Below are positions 34,836-45,007 of a stretch of DNA of 63,298 nucleotides, one piece after another. The translations under genes were made by a program, and so were the position numbers. Every line of letters begins with the position of its first letter. Within the stretch, counting starts at the first letter, position 1. Under the pieces are notes generated by a model. It saw only the letters and a list, made by a program, of their open reading frames with translations. It was not told the origin of the DNA and ran no database searches. This DNA comes from Actinomycetota bacterium (GTDB lineage Bacteria; Actinomycetota; UBA4738; HRBIN12). The stretch lies in NCBI GenBank assembly GCA_040005555.1, contig JBDTYT010000002.1, positions 1 through 63,298 on the forward strand, written 5' to 3'.

Positions 34836-35540
34836 TCAGCCCTCAGCGACGAACTTGTACCCCAACCCTCTGACGGTCACGAGGTGCACGGGGCGATGCG
34901 GGTCCTTCTCGATCTTGCGCCGGAGTCGCTTCACGTGCACGTCCAGGGTCTTCGTGTCGCCGAAATAATCCGCGCCCCACACGGTATCGATGAGATAGTC
35001 CCGCGTGAGCAGGCGGCCCGCACGACGCACGAGCGACTCCAGCAACTCGAACTCTCTGGGCGGGAACGGCGTGAGATGCCCGCGGACCGCAACCTCGTGG
35101 CGCGCGACATCGATCCGGACCGGACCGACCGCGAGGATCTCTTCGCGCAGCTCGGGCTGCGGCGCCGCTCGGGCCCGGCGCAGGTTCGCCCCCACGCGTG
35201 AGACGAGTTCGCGCACGGAGAACGGCTTCGTCACATAGTCGTCGGCTCCGAGCTCGAGGCCCGTCACCTTGTCGGCTTCGGAGTCCTTCGCGGTCACCAT
35301 GATGATCGGCACGTCCGAACTCGCTCGGATCGCGCGGCACACGTCGAGCCCAGAGAGCTCCGGGAGCATCAGGTCCAAGATGACGAGCGTTGGACCCTCC
35401 GCGGCGAAGCGTTCGAGCGCACGGCGCCCGTCGGCGGCCACGGTAACGGCGTAACCTTCGCGCTCCAGGTTGTAGCGCACGGTTTCCGCGAGCGGGGCCT
35501 CATCCTCGACGACGAGGATCAGATCGCGCTCAGCTGGCAT
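34836..35540 (-). CDS. OmpR-family response regulator, PhoP/RegX3-like
   Basis: ATG 35540 overlaps the phoU 3' end by 11 nt. Receiver: LILVVEDE...LVILDLMLPELSG...MVTAKD...ELGADDYVTKPF. Winged helix: LTPFPPREFELLESLV...VHVKRLRRKIE...TVRGLGYKF. Confidence 0.9.
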   Translation of the reverse strand: MPAERDLILVVEDEAPLAETVRYNLEREGYAVTVAADGRRALERFAAEGPTLVILDLMLPELSGLDVCRAIRASSDVPIIMVTAKDSEADKVTGLELGADDYVTKPFSVRELVSRVGANLRRARAAPQPELREEILAVGPVRIDVARHEVAVRGHLTPFPPREFELLESLVRRAGRLLTRDYLIDTVWGADYFGDTKTLDVHVKRLRRKIEKDPHRPVHLVTVRGLGYKFVAEG

Positions 35541-36224
35541 CGGCGGGATTCCGGAACGGGTGTGAGGCATCGCTGAACTCGCGGAACTCGCCGGTGAGCA
35601 GGAACCCTACCTGCTCGCCGATGTCGACCGCGTGATCCCCCACGCGTTCAAGCTGCCGGGCGACGAGGAGCATCCGTAGACCCCAGTTGAGTGCTGCTTC
35701 GTCGCCGGCGAGCGCGGCGACCTCCTGGTACATCCCTAAGTTCAGCCGGTCGACCGGGTCGTCCATCTCGGGCAGGCGGAGGCACAGATCGAGGTCGCGC
35801 CGGCCGAAGGCCTCCATCGCCGTCCGCACCATCGGCCGCACGATGTCGCCCATCTCCCGCAGGTGCGTGAGGATCGTCTGCGTGCTCGGCAGATCAGAGA
35901 CCGAGTGCGCGATCTTCGCGATGTTCACGGCCATGTCTGCGATCCGCTCGAGGTGCAGGTTCGTGTGCAAGATCACGGAGAGCAGCCGCAGGTCCGAGGC
36001 CACGGGAGTCTGGAGCGCGAGCACCTGCAGGGTGCGCTCCTCCACCGACAGGTAGCGAGCGTCGACCTCGTCGTCGCCGTCGACAACCTCCTTCGACAAG
36101 AGGTCGTCGTGTGCGATGAGTGCGTCCATCGAGCGGCCGACCGCAACCTCGGCCAGCTCTCCCATCGCGAGCACGTCGAGCTCGAGCTGCTCGAGCTCCT
36201 CGTGGAACCGGCGGCGCGTCGCGC

Positions 36225-36228
<4 letters not shown>
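35530..36228 (-). CDS. phoU: Phosphate signalling complex protein PhoU
   Basis: Two PhoU repeats: DDEVDARY...[29 protein letters not shown] and [17 protein letters not shown]. The ATG overlaps the pstB TGA. Confidence 0.93.
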
Positions 36229-36976
<748 letters not shown>

Positions 36977-36980
<4 letters not shown>

Positions 36981-37852
36981 GCGATCCTCTTCTGCTGGCG
37001 GCTCGACAGCGCCCGCGCCCCGATCGACAGCACGAGCACGGTGACCAACAGCATAAGGGCTCCCCCCCAGGCGAACGAGTGGAGGGCCTCGACAGGCGTG
37101 CGGGCGTACGCGTAGACACGGAGCGGCACGGCGTCCGTGGGCTGCAGCGGGTTCGTGTTGATGAAGTCGTTTCCGAGCGCGGTGAGCAGGATCGGCGCGG
37201 TCTCGCCGAGGCCTCGAGCGACCGCAAGCATCACCGCAGTCACGATCCCGGCGCCGGCCGTCGGGACGACGACCCGGACGATCACCTTCCACCTCGGCAC
37301 GCCGAGCGCGAGCGCGGCCTCGCGCAACTCCTGCGGGACCAGGCGGAGCACCTCCTCGGTGGCCCGGGCGATGACCGGCCACATCAACACAGTGAGCGAG
37401 AGCGCCCCGGCAAGCGCCGAGAACCGCTTCATCGCGATCACGACCACGGCCCAGATGAAAGCGCCGGCTACGATCGAGGGAGTCGAGAGCAAGACCTCGG
37501 CGACCAGCCGGACGGCCCCCGCGAACCGTCCGCGGCCGTACTCGGCAAGGTAAACCGCGGTGGAGATACCGAGCGGGATGGAGAACAGCGCCGCCAGTCC
37601 CACGATGAGCCCCGAGCCGATGAACGCTTGCGCGATGCCACCCGCCTGGGGGTCCAAGGGTCCGGCCGGCACCTTCGTGAAGAAGCTCACCGAGAGCGCG
37701 CGGTAGCCGCGGCTCACCACGTAGAACGTGATGAACGCGAGGGGGATCATCGCCATGATCGCACACGCCCACAGGAAGACCGTGAACGCTCGGTCCTTGA
37801 CACGCCGGCGGCCGGCAACCCGGAAAACCGGACGAGATGTCTCGGCGATCAC
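36977..37852 (-). CDS. pstA: Phosphate ABC transporter permease PstA
   Basis: GTG 37852 overlaps the pstC TGA. EAA-type loop: [23 protein letters not shown]. Confidence 0.93.
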
Positions 37853-38871
37853 AGGGCCACCACCGACGTGGCGGGTCGTTCGACCGTTCGGCCAGCGAGC
37901 AGGCGCTCGGTCCGTCGAACCAGCAGGCGCGAGGCGACCGCGAGCACGAAGGCGAGCATGACGAGGACGACCGCGAGCGCGAGAAGCGCCGAGCGGTGCA
38001 GCCCAACGCTCGTCGCCTCGCGGAAGCTGCTCGCGATCCACGACGGGATCGTCGCGCCCGCCTCGAACACGGACGTGCCGATCTTCGGCACGTTGCCGAC
38101 GACCATCGAGACCGCGATCGTCTCGCCGAGCGCCCGGCCGAGCCCGAGCATCGTCGCGCCGACGATCCCGCTCCTCGCGTACGGGAGCACCGCCATCCGG
38201 ATCGCCTCGTAGCGCGTCGCGCCGACGGCGAGCGCCGCTTCGCGGAGGTCTCGGGGGACGACCGCGACCACCTCCCGGGACACGGCCGTCACGATCGGCA
38301 GGATCATCACGGCCAAGATCACGCCCGCCGTGAACAGGTCGGGCCCGTTCACGTTGCCGCGGAACACGGCCCCGAGGACGGGCACCTTGCCGAGCGTGGC
38401 TTGCAGGGCGGGCTCGATCGTGCGGTCGAACAGCGGCTTCAGCACGAACAAGCCCCACAGGCCGTACACGACACTGGGGATCGCGGCGAGCAGGTCGACG
38501 AAGGACGCGAGCGGGTTGCGGATCCACCCACGGACCTCGTTCAGGAGCAGCGCGAGACCGACTGCGATCGGACCCGCGAGCACTACCGCGATCGCGGACG
38601 TGACGAGCGTCCCGAAGATGAACGGCAATGCGCCGAAGGACTCGCGCCCGCCGACGGGATTCCAGTCGGTGCCGACGAAGAACCCCGGCCCGAAGGCGCG
38701 GAACACCCGCCACCCGCCGGCCGACAAGACGACGAGCAGTCCAGCGAGCAGCACGATGAGGCCGAGCGCGATCGCGCCGGTCCACCCCGCGAACAGGCGG
38801 TCACCGAGGCGGGAGCGCCCCTGCAGCGGCGCTCCCGTCGTGCGGCCGGGCGGATCCTCCGTCGAGGCCAC
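37849..38871 (-). CDS. pstC: Phosphate ABC transporter permease PstC
   Basis: [27 protein letters not shown]...[23 protein letters not shown]. Confidence 0.93.
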   Translation of the reverse strand: MASTEDPPGRTTGAPLQGRSRLGDRLFAGWTGAIALGLIVLLAGLLVVLSAGGWRVFRAFGPGFFVGTDWNPVGGRESFGALPFIFGTLVTSAIAVVLAGPIAVGLALLLNEVRGWIRNPLASFVDLLAAIPSVVYGLWGLFVLKPLFDRTIEPALQATLGKVPVLGAVFRGNVNGPDLFTAGVILAVMILPIVTAVSREVVAVVPRDLREAALAVGATRYEAIRMAVLPYARSGIVGATMLGLGRALGETIAVSMVVGNVPKIGTSVFEAGATIPSWIASSFREATSVGLHRSALLALAVVLVMLAFVLAVASRLLVRRTERLLAGRTVERPATSVVAL

Positions 38872-38878
38872 AGCCCCG

Positions 38879-40003
38879 CTAGCCGGCGACCGCCGGCGAC
38901 GGCTGGATCGTCGCGCCCCGGTATTGGATCTGGGTCAGGGCGTCGAGTGCCTTCGTGCGGATGTCCTCGGGCAACGGCGCGTAGTTCAGCTGCGACGCGA
39001 TCGCCTGTCCGTCGTTCAACGCCCAGTACGTGAAGTCGACGATCGTCTGGCCTTTGTCCTGGTCCGGCTGGTCCGCGTAGATCAGCAGGTAGGTTGTGCT
39101 CGCGATCGGGTACGCCCCCGGCGCCGACGAGTTCAGGATGTTCGTGTCGGGGCCGATCGGGAACGAGAGGATCGCGCCGGCGGCACTGATCGAGTCGAGC
39201 GAAGGCGCGACGTATGCGCCGTCCTCTCGAGCGATCGACGAGATGCCAAGGTGGCTCGTCACCGCGAAGTCGTAGGACAGGTAGCCGACCGCGCCCTCCG
39301 TCTGCGCGATACCGGCCGCGACGCCGTCGTTGCCGTCGCCCCCCGTACCGGTCGGCCACTGAACCGCCTTGTCGGCACCCACCTTCGACTGCCAGTCAGA
39401 ACTCTGGGACGCGAGCCACGAGGTGAAGACGAAGGTCGTGCCGGACTCGTCAGAGCGGTGAACGACCGCGATGGGACCGTCGGGCAGCGTCACACCGGGG
39501 TTCTGCGCGGCGATCGCCGGGTCGTGCCAGTTCGTGATGTCGCCGAGGAAGATGCCGGCCGCCGTGGCGCCGTCGAGCTTGAGTCCGGTTTTCAGGCCCG
39601 AGACGTTGTAGGCGATGACCACGCCGCCGAGGACGGTCGGGACCTCGACCGCCGCGCCGGGGAGCGCTGCCGTCTCATCGTCCTGGAGCGGGGCGTCAGA
39701 GGCGCCGAAGTCCACCGTCTGGGCCGTGAACTGTTCGATCCCGCCGCCGGAGCCGATCGCCTGATAGTTGATCTGGGCCCCCGATTCCACGCCTTGGAAA
39801 TCGTGGAACCACTGCTCGTAGATCGGGTCGGGGAACGTCGCTCCGGCGCCGGTGAGCGCCACCCCCTGGAACCCGCTCGAGGAGCCACCGCCACCACCGT
39901 TGCCACCGTTGCCACCGTTGCCGCTGTTGCTCGAGCACGCCGTTCCGACGACCGTGAGCGCGGCGACCGCGGCCACGAACGCCAACGCCTTGCCGTGTCG
40001 CAT
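38879..40003 (-). CDS. pstS: Phosphate-binding lipoprotein PstS
   Basis: ATG 40003 follows GGAGGG. Lipobox VVGTAC. Asn/Gly/Ser linker, then GAGATFPDPIYEQW...GSGGGI...ASD. Confidence 0.92.
   Translation of the reverse strand: MRHGKALAFVAAVAALTVVGTACSSNSGNGGNGGNGGGGGSSSGFQGVALTGAGATFPDPIYEQWFHDFQGVESGAQINYQAIGSGGGIEQFTAQTVDFGASDAPLQDDETAALPGAAVEVPTVLGGVVIAYNVSGLKTGLKLDGATAAGIFLGDITNWHDPAIAAQNPGVTLPDGPIAVVHRSDESGTTFVFTSWLASQSSDWQSKVGADKAVQWPTGTGGDGNDGVAAGIAQTEGAVGYLSYDFAVTSHLGISSIAREDGAYVAPSLDSISAAGAILSFPIGPDTNILNSSAPGAYPIASTTYLLIYADQPDQDKGQTIVDFTYWALNDGQAIASQLNYAPLPEDIRTKALDALTQIQYRGATIQPSPAVAG
39894..39929. repeat. Tandem 9-bp repeat (ccaccgttg x3 perfect + 1 degenerate) encoding the (N-G-G)n linker of PstS
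   Basis: 39894-39902, 39903-39911 and 39912-39920 are identical. 39921-39929 is degenerate. Confidence 0.8.
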
Positions 40004-40067
40004 GGTCCCTCCTGAGGTCCGTCTCATCGCCTCGAGGCTAGGAGGGGACGGTGGCGACACCCTGGCG

Positions 40068-40089
40068 CGAACGTGAACGGCAGGTGAAC
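40068..40089 (-). promoter_or_regulatory. PHO-box-like direct repeat (two 11-nt units, GTTCACCTGCC GTTCACGTTCG on the pstS strand)
   Basis: GTGAAC occurs at 40073-40078 and 40084-40089 on the + strand, exactly 11 nt apart. The repeat lies about 65-85 nt upstream of the pstS ATG and about 20-40 nt upstream of the divergent kinase start. Confidence 0.5.
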
Positions 40090-40108
40090 GGTTCCGGCAG
40101 TCCTACAC

Positions 40109-41839
40109 TTGCGCCGACATGGGGTCGAGTCCGTGAGACGCCCGTACACGCTCTCCGGCCGTCTGTTCCTGTGGCAGCTGTCGGTGGTCGTGGCCGTGCT
40201 CGCGGTCGTCGGGCTCGCACTCGATCGCACGCTTGAACGCCAGGCCCTGGACGACATTACGGCCTCGCTCGTGCGGCAGGCAGCCACCGTGCAGCAAGCG
40301 CTCCCGGCCGACGACGCGGATCTTCAAGCCGAGGTGCTCGCGCTCGGACGCGCGAGCGATGTCCGGATCACGGTGATCCGGACCGATGGTGTCGTGCTCG
40401 CGGACTCCGAACACGACCCGACCACGATGGAGAACCACCTCGACCGACCAGAGGTACAGCAGGCGCTCGCGGGCCCGGTGGGGACGAGCTCCCGGATCTC
40501 GGCAACCCTCGGAGTTCCGTTCCGATACGTCGCGCTTCCGCCGGTCGGCGACCGGATCGTCCGCGTCGCCTTCCCGCTCACGCGCGTCACGCAGCGGCGC
40601 GACACCGTCCGCACGACCGTGCTGCTCGGACTCCTGGCCGCGGCGATCCTGGCTTCCCTGGGGGCCCTGCTCGTCGGGCGAGCCGTCACGCGGCCGCTGC
40701 GGCGTGCGACGGAGTCGATGGCACGGCTCGGCGAGGGCGACCTCTCCGTCCGCGTCGACCCAGCCGGCCCTCGCGAGTTCGCGGTGCTCGCCGAGACCCT
40801 CAACCTCATGGCCGAGCGCCTGGAGGCGCAGGTCGCCGCGTCCGACGAAGAGCGCCGCAGCCGCGACCTCATCCTGTCGTCGATGGAGGAGGGTGTCTTG
40901 CTCGGCGCGCCGAACGGCACGGTGCGGTTCGTGAACCCAGCGATGGAGCGGCACCTCGGAACCTCGCCGGCGACGCTCTCGATGCTTGCGCCGGTGGGCC
41001 TGCGTGAGGTCGTGCGGAGAGCTTCTGAGGCGCGCTCTCCGATGGCGGTCGACGTCGAGGTGGGCGCGTCCTCGCGATCCTTGCGAGGCGCCGCGGTGCC
41101 GGTCGACGACGACGGCTCCGTGCTGTTGGTCCTGCACGACGTGACCGAGGCCAAGCGCCTCGACGCGGTGAGGCGGGACTTCGTCGCGAACGCCTCGCAC
41201 GAGTTGAAAACGCCCGCCGCAGCGATCCAAGCGACCGCGGAGACGCTCCGCACAGCCGCGGTCGAGGATCCAGGCGTCGTGCCTCGGTTCGCGGAACAGC
41301 TCGAGCGGGAAGCCGCTCGGCTCTCGAGGATCGTCTCCGATCTGCTCGATCTGTCGCGCCTCGAGTCCGGGAGCGAGACGGAGGGAACGGTCCGGCTGGA
41401 CGATCTTCTCGGTGAAGAGCGTGAACGCCTCGAAGCGGCGGCGCGCGAGGGCAACGTCGCCCTCCGGTTCGAGGTCATCCCTGTTCCGCCGGTCCGCGGC
41501 TCCGCTCGTGACCTCTCCCTCCTGGTGCGGAACCTGGTCGACAACGCCATCCGGTATACCAAGGCCGGAGGGCGCATCGACGTGGAGCTGGGCACGGCCG
41601 ACGCGGACGTGCGGCTCCTCGTCACGGACACGGGGCTGGGCATCCCCTCGCGCGATCTCCCCCGGATCTTCGAGCGCTTCTATCGGGTCGATCGTGCGCG
41701 CTCGCGTGAGACGGGTGGCACGGGCCTTGGGCTGTCGATCGTGAAGCACGTCGTCGAGAACCACGGCGGGACGGTGAGCGTGCGGAGCGAACTCGGCCGC
41801 GGCACGACGTTCGAGGTGCGGCTGCCCGCCGCGGTCTGA
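40109..41839 (+). CDS. Sensor histidine kinase, PhoR/SenX3-like
   Basis: TTG start at 40109. It has two TM segments and a HAMP-like region. H-box: FVANASHELKTPAAAI. N/G boxes: LVDNAIRYT, DTGLGIP, GGTGLGLSIV. Confidence 0.88.
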   Translation: MRRHGVESVRRPYTLSGRLFLWQLSVVVAVLAVVGLALDRTLERQALDDITASLVRQAATVQQALPADDADLQAEVLALGRASDVRITVIRTDGVVLADSEHDPTTMENHLDRPEVQQALAGPVGTSSRISATLGVPFRYVALPPVGDRIVRVAFPLTRVTQRRDTVRTTVLLGLLAAAILASLGALLVGRAVTRPLRRATESMARLGEGDLSVRVDPAGPREFAVLAETLNLMAERLEAQVAASDEERRSRDLILSSMEEGVLLGAPNGTVRFVNPAMERHLGTSPATLSMLAPVGLREVVRRASEARSPMAVDVEVGASSRSLRGAAVPVDDDGSVLLVLHDVTEAKRLDAVRRDFVANASHELKTPAAAIQATAETLRTAAVEDPGVVPRFAEQLEREAARLSRIVSDLLDLSRLESGSETEGTVRLDDLLGEERERLEAAAREGNVALRFEVIPVPPVRGSARDLSLLVRNLVDNAIRYTKAGGRIDVELGTADADVRLLVTDTGLGIPSRDLPRIFERFYRVDRARSRETGGTGLGLSIVKHVVENHGGTVSVRSELGRGTTFEVRLPAAV

Positions 41840-41866
41840 GGTCTTCGCGTGCCCGGGTAAGCTGCC

Positions 41867-42523
41867 GTGATGACGCTCCTCCTGTTGGTGCGGCACGGAC
41901 ACACCGACGTGGCGGGCAAGCGCCTGACCGGTTGGACCCCCGGCGTTCACTTGAACGAACGCGGACGCGAGGCGGCTGAGGCGCTCGTCGGACGGCTCGA
42001 CGAGGTGCCGATCGATGCGATCTACTCGAGCCCGCTCGAACGGTGCCGGGAGACCGCCGCTCCGCTCGCGCGCGCCCGAGGATTGAGTGTGCGCATCCGC
42101 CGGGGGCTGATCGAGACGGGGTACGGCGACTGGACGGGGCGAACGATCTCGCAGCTGCGGCGGACGAAGCTCTGGCGCACCGTCGAGCGCACCCCTTCGG
42201 CTGTTCGGTTCCCCGGCGGCGAGAGCCTGCTCGAGGTCCAAGCCCGGGCCGTCGAAGAGGTGCGCCGGATCGCGGCCGACCATCCCACTGGCACCGTGGT
42301 CGTGGTCTCCCACGCCGACCCGATCCGGCTCCTCATCGCGCACGTCGGCGGAGCGCACGTCGACCACCTGCATCGCTTGGTCGTGGACACCGCGTCGGTG
42401 ACGGCGGTGTCTTTGGACCATGAGACACCGCGTCTGCTGAAGGTGAACGACACCGGCGGTCTGACGGGCCTCGCGGGACGCGGCCCGCGGCATCGGCCGC
42501 CCACGGTGAAGATGCGAGGATAG
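41867..42523 (+). CDS. Histidine phosphatase family protein (MSMEG_4193-type putative phosphomutase)
   Basis: LLLVRHGHTD...SSPLERCRETA...VVVSHADPIR. The start could be GTG 41867 or ATG 41870. Confidence 0.8.
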   Translation: MMTLLLLVRHGHTDVAGKRLTGWTPGVHLNERGREAAEALVGRLDEVPIDAIYSSPLERCRETAAPLARARGLSVRIRRGLIETGYGDWTGRTISQLRRTKLWRTVERTPSAVRFPGGESLLEVQARAVEEVRRIAADHPTGTVVVVSHADPIRLLIAHVGGAHVDHLHRLVVDTASVTAVSLDHETPRLLKVNDTGGLTGLAGRGPRHRPPTVKMRG

Positions 42524-42528
42524 ACGCA

Positions 42529-43119
42529 GTGGAATTCCCTCCGGTCGACAAGATCACCGCGGGCGCCGTCGGCGAGCCGGGCGAGCGCACGTTCTACCTC
42601 CAGGCGCGGACCGGCATCGAGCTCCTCACCCTGCTCGTCGAGAAACAGCAGGTGGAGCTGCTCTCGACCTCGATCCTCGAGATCTTGGCGACGGTCGGCA
42701 AGGAGACTGGCGAGGGCCCAGGCGAGACCCAGCTCGAGCTCGAGGAGCCGCTCGAGCCGATGTGGCGCGTCGGGCGCCTGTCGATCGGCTATCAGGAGGA
42801 TCGAGACCTCATGCTCCTCGAAGCCGAGGAGCTCGTCCCCGAGGACGAGGAGGAAGAGGCGGACGAGGAGGACCAAGAGGAGGAGCACGTCCTGGACGTG
42901 CCCCCAGACCTCGGTCAGCTGGATCCGGCGCTCGAGGAGCCCGAGCGCGAGCGGCTCCGGTTGTGGGCGACCCGCGAGCAGATGCTGGCGCTCTCCCGCC
43001 ACGGCGCCGAGATCGCGGCCCGGGGGCGCCCGCGGTGCCAGTTCTGCGGCAACCCGATGGACCCCGAGGGTCACCAGTGCCCGGCGATGAACGGCCACCG
43101 CGGGCCATCGCGCACGTGA
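42529..43119 (+). CDS. DUF3090 family protein
   Basis: ITAGAVGEPGERTFYLQAR..., an acidic insert, and a C-terminal zinc-ribbon-like CQFCGNPMDPEGHQCPAMNGH. Confidence 0.8.
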   Translation: MEFPPVDKITAGAVGEPGERTFYLQARTGIELLTLLVEKQQVELLSTSILEILATVGKETGEGPGETQLELEEPLEPMWRVGRLSIGYQEDRDLMLLEAEELVPEDEEEEADEEDQEEEHVLDVPPDLGQLDPALEEPERERLRLWATREQMLALSRHGAEIAARGRPRCQFCGNPMDPEGHQCPAMNGHRGPSRT

Positions 43120-43832
43120 CCTCGGCCGACGAGGAGGCGCTTCGGCTCCTCGAGCGCGGTGAGCTGGAGCTGCTCGGCTTGCTCCCGCGATCGTCGAACT
43201 ACACGTTCCTCGCGAAGGCCACGGACGGGGCCGCCGAGGTGCTCGCCGTCTACAAGCCTCGGCGGGGCGAGGCGCCGTTGTGGGATTTCCCGCCGGGGAC
43301 GCTCTGCCAGCGTGAGGTCGCGGCGTTCGTCGTGGCGGACGCGCTCGGGTGGCCGACGGTTCCTCCCACGGTGCTGCGCGACGGCCCCGAGGGGCCGGGC
43401 TCGGTCCAGCGGTTCGTGGAGTTCGACCCGCGGCAGCACTTCTTCACGATGCAGGACGAGCGCCCCGACGACTTCCGCCGCGTGGCGCTGTTCGACGCCG
43501 TCGTGAACAACGCCGACCGCAAGTCCGGCCACTGCTTGCTGTCGACCGAGGGCCTGCCGTTCTGCATCGACCACGGCGTCTGCTTCCACGAGGAGCCGAA
43601 GCTGCGCACCGTGATCTGGGACTTCGCCGGCGAGGCGGTCCCGCCCGACCTGCTCGAGGACCTGCGCCGATTCGAGGAGCGGCTGTCCGGGCCGGCCCTG
43701 CGAGGTGCACTCGGCGACCTCCTCACGCAGCTCGAGATCGCCGCGATGCAGGCGCGGCTCGCCGAAGTGATCGCCGCCGGGCGCTTCCCCGAGCCCGGCG
43801 GTGACCGTCCGTACCCGTGGCCCCCCGTGTGA
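43116..43832 (+). CDS. SCO1664 family protein (PI3/4-kinase-like fold)
   Basis: GTG 43116 overlaps the upstream TGA. Sequence: SSNYTFLAKATDG...VYKPRRGEAPLWDFP...DAVVNNADRKSGHCL...IDHGVCF. Confidence 0.75.
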   Translation: MTSADEEALRLLERGELELLGLLPRSSNYTFLAKATDGAAEVLAVYKPRRGEAPLWDFPPGTLCQREVAAFVVADALGWPTVPPTVLRDGPEGPGSVQRFVEFDPRQHFFTMQDERPDDFRRVALFDAVVNNADRKSGHCLLSTEGLPFCIDHGVCFHEEPKLRTVIWDFAGEAVPPDLLEDLRRFEERLSGPALRGALGDLLTQLEIAAMQARLAEVIAAGRFPEPGGDRPYPWPPV

Positions 43833-43876
43833 ACGGCATCTCACGTTCCCGGGCCGCCGATCGTTCTTCCGTGCAG

Positions 43877-44350
43877 ATGGGTCTGCCACCGTTCTCACGC
43901 TTCATGGAGGAGCACCGCGTGCCGGTCTACCGATTCCTGCTCGCCGCCGTCGGACCCTCCGCGGCCGACGACTGCTTCCAGGACACGTTCATCTCGGCGC
44001 TGCGAGCCTACCCGAAGCTGCGGGACGAGCGGAACCTTCGGGGCTGGGTGATCACGATCGCCACGCGCAAGGCGCTCGATCACTGGCGGGCGGAGCGGCG
44101 CCGGCCGATCCCCGTCGAGCGCCTGCCGGAGCAGCCCGTCCTCGAGCACCTCGACGGCGACCCCGAGCTCTGGCGGGCGGTCGGTGCCCTGCCGCCGATG
44201 CAGCGCGCGGCGGTCATCCATCGGTACGTGCTGGATCTTCCCTACGCGGACGTCGCGTCGGCGCTCGACTGCACCGAGGAAGCCGCGCGCGCGAACGCCT
44301 ACGAGGGCCGGAGGAAGCTTCGCGCCCTCACCAGCTTGGAGGAGCGATGA
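43877..44350 (+). CDS. ECF-type sigma-70 family RNA polymerase sigma factor
   Basis: Region 2: VYRFLLAAVGPSAADDCFQDTFISALRAYP...GWVITIATRKALDHWR. Region 4: LPPMQRAAVIHRYVLDLPYADVASALDCTEEAARANAYEGRRKL. The start is uncertain: 43817, 43829 and 43877 are all in frame. Confidence 0.8.
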   Translation: MGLPPFSRFMEEHRVPVYRFLLAAVGPSAADDCFQDTFISALRAYPKLRDERNLRGWVITIATRKALDHWRAERRRPIPVERLPEQPVLEHLDGDPELWRAVGALPPMQRAAVIHRYVLDLPYADVASALDCTEEAARANAYEGRRKLRALTSLEER

Positions 44351-44952
44351 AGGAGTTGCGGAAGCTTCGGACCGGCGATGTCGAGGACGCATCCCGCCGG
44401 GCGGCCGAGCTCGTCGGCGTGCGTGCCGCTCGCGCGGGGCTCGTCGACGTCGCGTACGCCACGGTGGACACGCCGGTCGGCGCCTTGATCCTCGCCACCA
44501 CGCGGACCGGCCTCGTCCGTCTGGCGTTTCCCGAGGAGGGGCTCGACCACGTGCTGGAGGACCTCGCCGCATCACTCTCGCCCCGCGTCCTCGAGAACCC
44601 GCGGATGACCGACCCCGTGCGGCGTGAGCTCGACGCCTACTTCGAGGGCCGGCGCCGCACCTTCCGGGCGGCCATCGATTGGTCGCTCGCCTCCGGCCGG
44701 TTCTCGCGGCGGGTGCTCGAGGAGACCGCGCGGATCCCGTTCGGCTCCGTCTCGACCTACGGGGACGTCGCTGGTCGCGCGGGGAGCCCTCGAGCCGCGC
44801 GAGCAGCGGGGAACGCGCTCCACGACAACCCGGTGCCGATCGTGGTTCCCTGCCACCGGGTCGTTCCCTCCTCCGGCGGGATCGGCAAATACGGGGGGAA
44901 CGAGTGGCGCAAGGCCTACCTCCTCCGCCTGGAGGGCGCGCTCGCCGGCTGA
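44347..44952 (+). CDS. ogt: Methylated-DNA--protein-cysteine methyltransferase (Ogt/MGMT) with about 35-aa N-terminal extension
   Basis: The ATG overlaps the sigma gene TGA (ATGA). Sequence: IPFGSVSTYGDVA...AAGNALHDNPVPIVVPCHRVV (PCHR active site). Confidence 0.88.
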   Translation: MKELRKLRTGDVEDASRRAAELVGVRAARAGLVDVAYATVDTPVGALILATTRTGLVRLAFPEEGLDHVLEDLAASLSPRVLENPRMTDPVRRELDAYFEGRRRTFRAAIDWSLASGRFSRRVLEETARIPFGSVSTYGDVAGRAGSPRAARAAGNALHDNPVPIVVPCHRVVPSSGGIGKYGGNEWRKAYLLRLEGALAG

Positions 44953-45007
44953 GGGGGAAGCCGTCCGGCTGGTCCGAGAACCGGCCCGAGGCCGGATAAT
45001 CCTGGCC

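Noticed and set aside
40103-42493. 796-aa minus-strand ORF antisense to the histidine kinase and histidine phosphatase genes
   Set aside because: It is a shadow ORF. The plus strand carries canonical H, N and G boxes and RHG phosphatase motifs.
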